DNA from: Octopus vulgaris
Taxonomy: Eukaryota
Direction: 5' to 3'
DNA length: 64,000 bases
NCBI GenBank assembly: GCA_951406725.2
Contig: OX597814.1
Span: 67,952,001-68,016,000, forward strand
This document shows positions 52,553 to 64,000 of this stretch, in pieces. A program made the translations under genes and the position numbers. Under the pieces are notes generated by a model that saw only the letters and a program-made list of their open reading frames with translations, searched no databases and was not told the origin of the DNA. Each line of letters begins with the position of its first letter. Positions within the stretch are counted from its first letter, which is position 1.

Positions 52553-55139
52553 TGATCGTGCTGTTTTGTTCTAATGACATTTTGATCTCACCGGTAAAGC
52601 ACTCAATCAATAAGCTATTGTTACTACCGCATGGAATTAAAAGTCAATTGATGTAGATGAATATCTGTTTTGTGAAGATCTGAATACTTATATTCTAAAT
52701 AAACTGTATGAATAAAATGATTTAAGCTCTTGTGAATTATCATTACCTTAAAATTAATTGTTACTTCTGATTTTATTTTGTCTCTATTTCCGTTCAATAT
52801 ATATAATTAAATTTTGTGCATGTGTGTGTATGCAGATTCAATACAATGAATATGCTTTCATTATCATACCAAGTAACAGCATAATTGAATTGAAAAACAA
52901 AGTAAATCTCATACACAGTAATTGATATATTAGTTTCATATTTTAACCAATATTTCGTTTGTCCTGATTTTTGCCTTACCCTTCAGGAGTGCTACAATTA
53001 TAACAATTACGAGTATGTGTATCTGAGTATGTATGTATGTATGTACACGTACACTCACTCTCTCACAAACACATAAGTTAAATGGGAAGGGGGAGATAAT
53101 CTCAAGAATCAAGAATTACCTGAAAGGGCGTTACTTCTGCTGCACCCTGTATATTTATTTGTTTTCCTTTTCCACAAGCCACTGGTTCCTCCGGAATATT
53201 TCTCATGGCTTATTTTCATTGGAATTATGAAAATTGCCCCGGCGCGTAAATGCTTTCTGTTCTTTGTATAGATGTCTAAATATTTCGCTTGCTGTGATGA
53301 TGACACCTATTGAAGCAGAAACATAGTTGTCCTTATGTATCTAGACAGTCTTTTCTTTAATAGCATGTCAATTTCGAAGAATATTTAATTTTTGAGCTTA
53401 TTTCCCCTTTTCATTCCGAGTTGATTTATTTTTTCCTTGAAGGGAAGATAATCTCAATAAATGGAGAATTAATTATTGCATGATTTTATATACCTGTGTA
53501 TCACGCCATTTAGGAAACGGTAGTTTGCTTGTCTGAAGACAAGAAGATAGATAGTTTCAATAAATCACGAATTATCTTATGTTGTATTTCTAATACATTC
53601 ATACATCTTTATTACACGTACACGCAAATGTGCGAGGGAGAGAAAACAGGCAAAATAAGTAGCATTTAACAAAATTGGCTGTTATGAAATGCATATAGTT
53701 AATAGCAGATTGACCAAGCTTCACATTACTAAAAGACATGTCTATTGCACCAGATATTCAGAGAGAAGAGGAAAGAAATAATTAAAAAAATCCAAATGGT
53801 TTTTAGATCTCATTTAGGAACCCGTTCAATGTTACGATGTTGTTTTCCTTATCCTAGCGTCATCAATAATTTTATTGTTAGGTATACAGGATGTTGATAC
53901 ACATTGCAGGCATTCTGCGGGATGATATATTTAGCTAATCAATTCATTTACATTGGATACAACTCATGCTATGTAGGCTGTTAGTCATCGTTTTGTAGTG
54001 TGAGATACGCCTGTGACAACTTTTATTACAGGGTTTTGAAGACGTTAAGCTACAAATGAGTTTCCGCGACCGACATGGGTAGACTGTAGTTTATAGAGTG
54101 GCAATAATTTCTATACCTTAAAACTGTGTGTCGGCCAATTAGCGCTAGAAAAAGTATAATCAAGGCAAAGTGGTGGACAGGAGAAGAGGAAGGCTTAACT
54201 AGTTAAGTCAGACCATAAGTCTTCCTATCTACCCTTGCACTTTTATTAATTTTCCTTTTTACACTCTTCTTCTTCTTCCGAAAGCTATGCTTTGCTGCAC
54301 TTTAGGATATTCTTCTCCTTTGCACATACCCACGGGTGTTCTCCATCTTCCTCTGCTTCAACTGTCTCCCCGCTTGTATACTGATTTCTATACTCAACAC
54401 AACAAACACACTTTACAATGTTCATCTTTACCTTGTTAGCGTCCTTTATAATTTTGTTAATAACTTCATAGCTATCCCTTGTCTACTATGATTTAAGGGC
54501 TTCTCTGGAATAGATCGGCGTAAATCAATATATTCTGCACCCAAAATCTTTACATCGATCTTCGATTGATTACGGCTGCAAAGCCACTCCCCTAACATTT
54601 AATCTATTAGTGAATTTTTATTTCTTGTGTAGACAGCTCACATCTTATAATAACTAGCTCCCACGCAACTACCTCATCCTTTTCCTTCTTTCTTGTCTTC
54701 CTTCTTTTATACCTGTCACTGTAACCCCTCCCTTACTCTTGTTTTTCGTTCCAGTTTATTAAACATATATCTATAAACACTGTTCTCTACTAAGCTACTC
54801 CTCAGTGTCTTCTGACGACGAGATCGTGACTTTGCTCAATAAGTGTTTCAAAATTTGACCTTCTTCACACACTTGGACTTCATTGCATAACACGCACTGT
54901 TATAGCGCACGTCATTGATTATTCGAAACAGCTGTAAAGATAGACTGATTACATCACATATTTGGATAAGCAACTTTTCATGTAAATAAATTCCATGTGC
55001 CTGCGATTGTTTGTAGGCTTAAATATGCTAATATATATACATATAGAACATGCATATATATATATACACACATGCACACACACGCATACACACACACACA
55101 CATACATACATACGTACATACATACATACATACATATAT

Positions 55140-55660
55140 CTGCCCTTGAGACATGATATAGTTGCTAAGAGTATTTACAGGAAGGACTGCCTTGACGTAT
55201 ACATCAAAAGCATATTAGAACCACCAGGTATTCACACTTTTAAAAACAAGGAATCCTGGTAGAACACTCCTATAAAAACATCAGCTCTGTGCAAATACAG
55301 CAGACTTGATATTGTTCTATGGGACAAGGAACAAAAGTCATTCATAGTTGTAGAGGTCAGCTGCCCAGCAGACGTGAATGTACAATTCTGGGAAAAGAGA
55401 ATATTTGTGGCGAATTAATGCGGAACTTGCAGTTATTGTAGGTTGACTATGAATTCTCATTTGTACCTACCGTCATAGGTACATTAGGTTATGTACCAAC
55501 AAATTTGCACAAAAACCTAGAAATACTCGGTTTCACAGAAAAAGAAACTGACGTGGATTTTCCAAATTTAATCTGTTGGTGGCACAGTGAGGATTCGTAA
55601 AACATTTCAGAAATTCTGTATGTGAGATTCTTATGTGACTGGATGCACATACATGAGTAT
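55140..55660 (+). mobile_element. Dong/R4-like 3' fragment
   Basis: RHDIVAK, DIVLWDK..IVVEVSCPADVN, ELMRNLQLLY and VIGTLGYV in broken frames. Confidence 0.7.
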
Positions 55661-55899
55661 ATGCGTCGACAGTTCAACCAACATACCAGCTCAGCCACAT
55701 ATTCACAAACACCAGGAACTCACTTAATTCAAAATGTTTTGTTATTTTGTTAGCAACCAGCTTGAACTCTCTCAAGAAAAAATATATACTCAAAGAAAAA
55801 TCATACATGCATACATATATATATATAGGCATACAAACATACAAACATACGTACATACATACATACATACATACATACATACATACATACATACATACA

Positions 55900-55930
<31 letters not shown>

Positions 55931-56071
55931 GTGGTATGGTCTGTGCAGGCCTGCATGTGTATATATATATATGTATCTCTGAGTCTCTGAGTTAGTTTTT
56001 GGCAATGTGTGGTTGTGTATATAGATATATTTATATATGCACATGCTTGTAAGTATGTATGTGTATAAACA

Positions 56072-56126
<55 letters not shown>

Positions 56127-56134
56127 ACACATCT

Positions 56135-56495
56135 TTTTATCTTTTTACTTGTTTCAGTCACTAGACTGCCGTCATGCAGGGACATCGCCTTGAATGAAAT
56201 CACCCCACTACTTTTTTGAAGCCTGGTACTTTTCTATCAGTAACTTTTACCGGAAGGCTAAGTTACGGGGACATAAACACACCAGCTTCGGTTACAAGCG
56301 ATGGTGGTGGGCAAACACAGACACGAAGACACTCACACACATACACATATATGTATGACAGGTTTCTTTCCTTTTCTGACTACAAATCTACCCATAAGGA
56401 TTTGGTCGGACTGAGGCTATATCAGAAGACACTTGCCCAAGGTGCAATGCAATGGGATCAAACCTGGAACTGTATGGTTGCAAAGCCATGGCCAC
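56135..56495 (-). mobile_element. Degenerate tRNA-derived SINE
   Basis: Same family as 47735-48192. Confidence 0.72.
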
Positions 56496-56552
56496 GTCTA
56501 TACACATGTCTACATACAGGATTATCTGGATCCATATATCGTAATTTAAACT

Positions 56553-56649
<97 letters not shown>

Positions 56650-56754
56650 TGTATATATATAACGGACAGAGTCGACAACTATTGAAAAGTTTGGAAGACG
56701 CAGCGAAAATTTTAGAAAAATAAATAAGCAAGTGAGTGGAAATTTTACCGGTGA

Positions 56755-56810
<56 letters not shown>

Positions 56811-56815
<5 letters not shown>

Positions 56816-56930
56816 TTTATAGAATGAACTTCTACAGGACTAGAACTGTTTCATTCAAATGAAATCTTCAGGAAGATTTCATTTGAATGAAACAGTTCTA
56901 GTCCTGTAGAAGCTCCTTCTATAAAATAAA
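56811..56930. repeat. Near-perfect 120-bp palindrome
   Basis: 59-bp arms, 2-nt loop (56870-56871), 2 mismatches; sits next to (TA)n. Confidence 0.97.
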
Positions 56931-56999
56931 TTAATTTACTCTGCTATGTATTGAGTACCTTATTTACTGTGGTTAACCCCGACTCAACCCGGGACCTAC

Positions 57000-57088
<89 letters not shown>

Positions 57089-57193
57089 TTTTGCTTATTC
57101 ATTGCGAAACTAATACTCTGGTGTAGAACTCAATGTACGTATGCTTCAGAATCAAGCGTTACTCAGATAGAGAGCAGTAATAAGAAAATTAGA

Positions 57194-57386
57194 TGACAAA
57201 GGAATTAACGATTATTTTTATGAACTTTAATTAGCTTACAGATTGTATGAAGTGCACTTCATATTCAAGGCTCCAATGAATCTATAGGGTGTTACTCAGG
57301 AACTCAACTATGAATTCACTGCATCTTATGTCAGAAACAAGTGTAAGCTAATAAAGTTCGTAAGATAATCGTTTATTCCTTTGTCA
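57194..57386. repeat. Inverted repeat, about 46-bp arms with about 100-nt spacer
   Basis: tgacaaaggaattaacgattatttttatgaactttaattagcttaca pairs with tgtaagctaataaagttcgtaagataatcgtttattcctttgtca. Confidence 0.88.
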
Positions 57387-57409
57387 AACCATTTTCTTAT
57401 ACATACATA

Positions 57410-58047
57410 ATGAAATCCGTCGGAGGAATAACCCCGAGGACAAAGAAATAAGGACCTACAGTATGGTAGAAGCCATAGCCACTCATGATAAAAAGGAGTA
57501 CTGATGGAATGTCTCAGTGAAGACCCCAATAAAATGTAAGCACAACAGACCTAATATACTAATTTGGGACAGAGAACAGAAACCGTGTACAGTTGTAGAA
57601 ATTAGCTGCTCAGCGGAAGGTAACATAAAGCTGAAGATTTGTAAAAAAGAACTGAGAAATCTGCAGTTACTCTATCCACATTACAAGTTCAGGTTTATAG
57701 CTGTAATTATTGGAGTCCTGGGATACTGTAATACTGCTTAAATAACTATCTTGAGAAATTAGGCTTCTGAAAACCAAATGGAGAACGCTAATTCGACGAC
57801 TGCAGATACAATCCATCACTGCAACTGTAAAGATCTGTAAAACTTTTCAGAGGTTTATCATTTAGATATATATGAGCATGTCTAGATATGCAACTATATG
57901 CATGATAATACACACATAAAGCAAAACATATAATCTGCACAATCTGGGTGACTTTGTATATACATACAAACAGAAATACCCTGTTGTTGATGTTGAAATT
58001 CCAATGAAGGAATTTTGAATTTAGTTTAGAAACCGGCTCTTTCTCTA
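57410..58047 (+). mobile_element. Dong/R4-like 3' fragment
   Basis: KCKHNRPNILIWDREQK.CTVVEISC..LRNLQLLYP...VIIGVLGY; similar to 44100-44580. Confidence 0.78.
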
Positions 58048-58186
58048 TTATATAGGTATGTATGTATGATTATATATATATATATATGTATACATTCACA
58101 CACACATATATGTATATGTATATAGTTGTGTGTGTGTGTGCTGTAAATATATATACTGACAGCCAAATCAACGATAGTGTGAGCAG

Positions 58187-58237
58187 TCACTACTGACGAT
58201 GCCTACAGAATAGGCGAAACTGAGCCTAGTCTGGTGA
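58187..58237 (+). ncRNA. Type I hammerhead ribozyme (Penelope-type core with an extra U)
   Basis: Stem I tcacta/tggtga; CTGACGA+T; stem II gccta-cagaa-taggc; GAAA; stem III ctg-agcc-tag; GUC cleavage triplet at 58229-58231. Confidence 0.85.
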
Positions 58238-58392
58238 TTTTAGAGACATTCATGGGGCGTTTACCGCCTTTTTATAGCATTAAACGTTTCTTAACTTTTA
58301 TTTCTAGCAATGTAGGTACTTTGGTACCATTGGTTACACTTAGTAACGGTTAAATTTTCCTTTATGGCATTAGGTTGTGCCTAACTGTTTAT

Positions 58393-58428
<36 letters not shown>

Positions 58429-59297
58429 GACAAAAATTCGCACGAGTTTCGCCTCGTACTAAGAGGTTCGACTGTACTTATGACGGATATAAAACTCCCA
58501 CCAGGGAAGTGATTTTGTTGAGAGATTTTATGGTGTAATAATAGTGTGCGGTTCAAGGTAAACAACAGCCAAATTTCCCTTAAATCACACATCTTTTCGT
58601 CTGAAAATGTTTACTTTTTTATTGAAAAAGGTTCTCCTATAGTTTTTAAGTGCATAGTGACCCCCCCAAATCACCGTGCGTAATGTCCACAAAATCGACC
58701 AAAATCGGTCCGAAGAGGGTGGAGAAAAAAGAACATCATTTTCGGTATTTTTTGAATTTTGTTGCTAAAAATATAGTCTAGAACATTTTCAAGGGCATCA
58801 CGAATTTTAATCTGAAAAATTCCCGTCAAAACGGAGAAATTCCAACTTGTTGGTGGTTCCTAAGACCGACACCCGCCAGGCAAACAATTGCCAAGTTCGC
58901 CTGTCTGCCGTATAGAGAAGTTCAACTCAAATTATGGATCGGGTCAGTTTATAAGGTATTACCTGAGCCTTGATGTGGTGTATGTGGGTGGTGAGAGAAG
59001 TGAATTGTTTCGTGGGAGATGGATGGTATATATTAAAGAAGTTTGAAAGCTTACAAATGCTTCGATTTTTTTAAATCTTTGAGTGTTAAAGTGTTTTCGT
59101 TTAGTTTACTGTTTTGCTATTTCCGCTGTAAATTATGAACTTGTGTATTGTGTGTGCCTGTGTGAGTATGTATGTATGTATGTATGTATGTATGTATGTA
59201 TGTATGTATGTATGTATGTATGTATGTATGTATGTATGTATGTATGTATTTATGTATTAATAAATGTATGTATGTGTGTATGTATGTATGTATGTAT

Positions 59298-62200
59298 GAG
59301 AATTCCTTTGGTTAAAGGAAATTATATGACCTTGGTGAGTGTGTATGCTCCAGCTATGAGTTATTCTGATGACGAAAAACTTTCTTTCTACCATGCTTTG
59401 AAGGGCATTATAAGAAATATCCCTCGGGCAGACAGTCATCGTACAGGGTGACTTTAACGCTAGAGTGGGTAGGGATTTTAGTACATGGACTGTAATTGGA
59501 AAGCATGGGGTGGGGAAGTGTAATAGTAAATGCATGCTTTTGCTGCAGATGTGTGAGGAGCTGCGTCTGTGTGTTACCAATACCATGTTTCAACAAAAGA
59601 ATAAGTTTAAGACTACATGGATGCACCCTGCATCTAAAGAATGGCATATTCTGGATTACATCCTTGTTAGAGTGCATGACAGACAGGATGTGCAGTGTGT
59701 TCGTGTTCTTCGTGAAGCTGAGTGTTGGACTGACCACCGCCTAGTACATACAAAAGTGAAATTAGTCACAAAACATAAAATCCGAGCTGCAGGGATTACC
59801 CTGCCTAAAAGACTGAATGTTGATCGTCTTAGGTGTAAGAGTGTGAAGAGAACTTTACGAGAGAAAATGAATGCTGCAGATATTAGGGAGCATTGGCCGA
59901 CTCTTAAAAAGTCAGTTTATGATATAGGCAAGAAAGTTCTGGGATTGATACAAAGAAAGCATCAAGATTGGTTTAAAGAAAATGATGAAAATATAGATGA
60001 TTTATTAGCTGATAAAAGACGTACTTTGTCACGCTATCTGTCAGCAAAGCCACATGAAAGGGAAGTATTGCATAGGGAACTCAAGGACGTAAAATCTCGT
60101 GTGAGGCAAAAGCTCTCTCAGATGAGTGATACGTGGTGGAGTAAGAAGACTGATGAGATACAGGCGGCATCAGATTCCAATAGCACAAAGCTGTTGTATG
60201 ATCTCTTTCGAGAAGTTTATGGACCGACGTCTTCCCTGATAACACCACTTCGAAGCAGTGATGGTAAATAACTTCTTTGTGATTCACAAGGACTTCTGCG
60301 AAGGTGGCAAGAACATTTTGATGAACTTTTAAATCAGCAGTCTGTAGTTAGTGAGGATGTTCTCAATCTCATCCCTGAACTACCCGTGAAGGCAGCACTC
60401 GCAGAACCACCAAAGTTGGAAGAAGTTGCAATGGCTGTCTCAAGGTTGAATAATGGGAAGTCTCCGGGTATGGATGGTATACACGCGGAGTTGTTGCAGT
60501 ATGGGGGTGAGAAACTTCTTCAGAAACTTCACTCTTTGTTTGGTAAGATATGGACTAGTGAATCTGTACCTGAGGGCTGGAGAGATACAGTAATGGTCTT
60601 GTATAAGGGAAAGGGCAACAAGAATGATTGTAGTAACTATAAGGGAGTATCATTGCTTTCTGTCGTAGGAAAGGTTTTATGCAGAGTACTTCTGGATCAC
60701 CTGCTGAAACACGTTGCAGATTGTGTTCTTCCAGAAAGTCAATCTGGCTTTCGTGTGGGACGTGGCACTGCTGATATGATCTTTTCAGTTAGACAGCTTC
60801 AGGAGAAGTGTGTGGAACAGGGTCTGGATTTGTATAAGGTTTTTGTCGATCTGACAAAAGCCTTTGATACTGTTAATAGAAAAGCATTGTGGAAAGTCCT
60901 TCAGAAATTTGGGTGTCCTGAAAAGTTCCTTGCTTTGGTTAGGTCTTTTCATGAAGACATGAATGGTAGGGTGAATGTTAGTTGGAAAATGTCGGAGCCC
61001 ATTTCAATACAAAATGGAGTGAAAAGGGGATATTCTGGCAACGACCCTATTTTCCATATATTTTGCAATGGTGTTCTGTATTGCATTCAGAAACTGCAGA
61101 TACGGAGTTTACATCCATTATAGAACCTCCGGCAGCATATTTAATATTAGGCGCTTTCCTGCAAAAACAAAGTTATTTGCCTCTATCATAAAAGACCTTT
61201 TGTATGCAGATGATTGTGAGCTAGTAACACACACAGAGATTGATATGCAACACATTTTGAATGCATTCTCTGATGCTTGCACTGCCTTAGGATTGACAGT
61301 CAATCTCAAGAAAACTGTTGCCATGTATCAACCTGCCCCTGGTAAACAGTATAGTGTACCAAATATCTATGTGTATGGTAAACGACTTGATGTAGTCGAT
61401 CAGTTTGTCTACCTGGGAAGCACTATTAATAGATATAGCAATTTGGATGATGAAATTCCATATAGAATTAGGAAAGCAAGTGTTGCTTTCGGAAGGCTAG
61501 AAAAGCGCCTCTGGGGTCGGCAAGACATAGGCAGAAAGACAAAGATAAAGGTGTACAAGGCATGTGTGCTCCCTTCTCTTATCTATGCCTACGAGACGTG
61601 GGTCACATATCGATACCATCTTAAACAACTGGAACGTTTCTATCAGATGTGTCTCAGACGGATCCATAGCATTAAGTGGAAGTACCGCATCAGTGATCTT
61701 GAAATATTGGAAGGCTCTCGGTGTGAAAGTATAGAAGCTCTTGTGTTAAAGCAAAGGCTCAGATGGAGTGGTCATCTGGTCAGTATGAAGGATTCAAGGA
61801 TGCCAAAACAACTCTTTTATGAAGAGTTAGCTAAAGGAGAACGACCTCCACATAAACCAAAAAAGAGGTATAAGGACTTGCTGAAGGCTTCCTTAAGAGA
61901 TGCTTGCATCTCTCCTGACACATGGGAAGGCATAGCTATTGATCGTAGCAGGTAGAGAAGGATTGTACACGAGGGGACAGCCACTTTTGAGAAATCTCGA
62001 GTTGCACATGAGAAAGTAAGGAGGAATGTCAGGAAGGGCATCGCTGTTACACTTCCAGATGGGAAGGGTCTTCCTATGATGCTGACATGCAGTGTCTGTG
62101 CAAGACCCTGCCTCAGTAAAGCTGGACTCAAGAGTCATCTTCGTAGTCATAAAGCGAGACAGATGAGTGACAACTTGGCCACTGGTGGTGGTGTAACACA

Positions 62201-62457
62201 CCATACTAATCATATCTGTTGGGCATGTGGAAGAGAGTGTAGTTCGGCAGGAGGACTTAAACGACATGCAAAGGTACATGAAGATAAGTTACAACTACAG
62301 CCGGCTATTACCAGTAAAGATTTTAGTTGCCACCTCTGTACAAGACATTGTAGATCTTTAGCTGGGCTAAAAAGTCACATTCGATCACAGCACCAGTAAG
62401 AATTAAGCTTCGTGCAATGGCCATACTCGATAACGAGGGGGCAGCCATAATAATAAT
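59298..62457 (+). mobile_element. 5'-truncated RTE LINE (partial APE, RT, three C-terminal C2H2 fingers), few disablements
   Basis: TLVSVYAP, VTNTMFQ, ILDYILV, TDHRLV, KSPGMDG, NYKGVSLLS, LPESQSGFR, FVDLTKAFDTV, LYADD, FVYLGS and LRWSGHL; short (TAA) tail at 62448-62456. Confidence 0.95.
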
Positions 62458-62574
62458 GTATGTATGTGTATGTATAAATATATGTATGTCGGTGCGCATA
62501 TGCTTTACTATATTTATATATAAATGACGTTCCCCCTAACCTAAATTAAGTGCTTAATTATCTTTTTATTCTTT

Positions 62575-62780
62575 CGTTAGCTTGCAGAATCGTGAGAGAG
62601 TCGGAAGAACGCCTTGCCGGAATTTCTTTGTTCTGAATATAAATTCATCTGAGATCAACTTTGCCTTTCATCTCTTTGGGGGTCGATAAGTAAAGTATCA
62701 GTCATGCACAGGGGTCAAGAGAATAGTCTAACTCCCCTCAAAATTGCTGGCCTTCTGCCTAAATCAGAGGTCATTATATC
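62575..62780 (+). mobile_element. SINE (Nin-like core)
   Basis: gagatcaactttgcctttcatctctttgggggtcgataa..ggggtca..cccctcaaaattgctggcc. Confidence 0.68.
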
Positions 62781-63198
62781 TTTTCTGTCTCATTATGTAT
62801 ATGTATTTGAAGACATGAGGAGTCTTAGAATAACACTCTACACAATAACTCGTTATAGCTCTTTCCCATTCTTTAATTATCCGATCCCTCCATCAGCTAG
62901 ACTTCCATTAGCATATTTAAATACTTACAGACACGTGCACACACAATTTCAGCCACTTCCAATCTTTCACAGATGAAAATCATCCTACTTCAATTCTCAG
63001 TCACGTCTGTGATGAATCTAGCTTTGATCTTTTCATAGATGAAATATGATGCAAGTTGTAAGGAAACTAATATTAATTAATTTATATATAGTTCTATCTA
63101 TCTATCTATCTATCTGTCTGTCTCTCTTTCTCTCTCTCTGTCTCTCTCTCTTTCTCTCTCTCTCTCTGTCTCTCTCTATTTCTCTCTCTCTCTCTCTA

Positions 63199-63248
<50 letters not shown>

Positions 63249-63279
63249 AAGAGAAGGAGAGAGAGAGAGAGAGATAGAG

Positions 63280-63665
63280 TTAAATGTCTTCCATCCTCAT
63301 GAAATCTCTGCGATTTCGGCACATATTCACTGTGTGCCTTAAGTAGACATACTTCTTTACTACTTCAATTTTATCGCTTCCCACCTTTATTTGGGCCTGT
63401 ACCACATCTTCTGACCGCATATATTTTACCTTCGTGTAGTTCATTTTAAGACTTACTGCTAAGCGCTGAGTATTCTGATTTTTCAGCAGCTGGTCTGTTT
63501 TTTCAATGAAGAGAACAATGTCATCTGCGAATCGGTAGTGTGTTAGTTGCTCGCCATTGATGTTCACGCCACCTGTCCAGGCGACGCCATTGATGACCAT
63601 TTCTAGACATGCGGTAAGGAAGTTTGGAGAGAAGGTGTCTCCTTGCTTGACACCCATCACGCGCG
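63280..63665 (-). mobile_element. LINE RT fragment (RTE-like)
   Basis: GVKQGDTFSP..NINGEQLTHYRFADDIVL..LKMNYTKVKYM..KYVYL. Confidence 0.85.
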
Positions 63666-64000
63666 TGAGTAGAGAGAAATACAACTATGTATGGGAGTTA
63701 AAAATTATCCGCGCCTGCGCCCTTTTTTAGGTTGATCGCATTGCTTTCAGCGTTCGTGTACTAAAAGATGGTACTCTTCTGATTACGATTTTTGACGTTG
63801 ATCACTCCAGATTTTTTTTCTTGTGTTACAGAGTAAACATGGCCATTCCGTGCCAGTGTGCAGCAAGGATGAACAGAGATCAGTGATCCGATTTCTTTGT
63901 CTGAAGGTATGTCAGAAGCTAAAATTCTTTGCAGGCTTTCAGAACAGTACGGGGACCACGCTCTGCCGCGTAGGAGTGGATCGAGAAGTTTAAAAGCAGT

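Noticed and set aside
62076-62399. Host C2H2 zinc-finger gene
   Set aside because: No TGEKP linkers, and it lies within the RTE between the RT C-terminus and the 3' tail.

Overview
AT-rich, microsatellite-dense eukaryotic DNA. The repeat make-up (RTE, CR1-group and Dong/R4 LINEs, tRNA-derived SINEs, Penelope remnants, Tc1/maT/pogo/hAT/Helitron elements) resembles an Octopus-type cephalopod genome, which is an inference from repeat style. Only one convincing host CDS is present: a single-coding-exon type II membrane glycosyltransferase-like protein (30897-31886, minus). The main non-TE structure is a set of three paralogous loci: A (+, about 1-2580), B (-, about 22704-17830, an inverted copy of A) and a more diverged C (-, upstream of the glycosyltransferase-like CDS). 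A and B share a near-identical core inside much more diverged flanks, and both carry long fold-back hairpins downstream of a shared splice-acceptor-like site. The window also holds one intact type I hammerhead ribozyme (58187-58237), several degenerate hammerhead-like palindromes, a pile-up of TAA-targeting Dong/R4 elements, an RTE with three C-terminal C2H2 fingers and a non-autonomous RTE derivative with a pseudoknot-like 5' region. All alignments and identities were done by eye.
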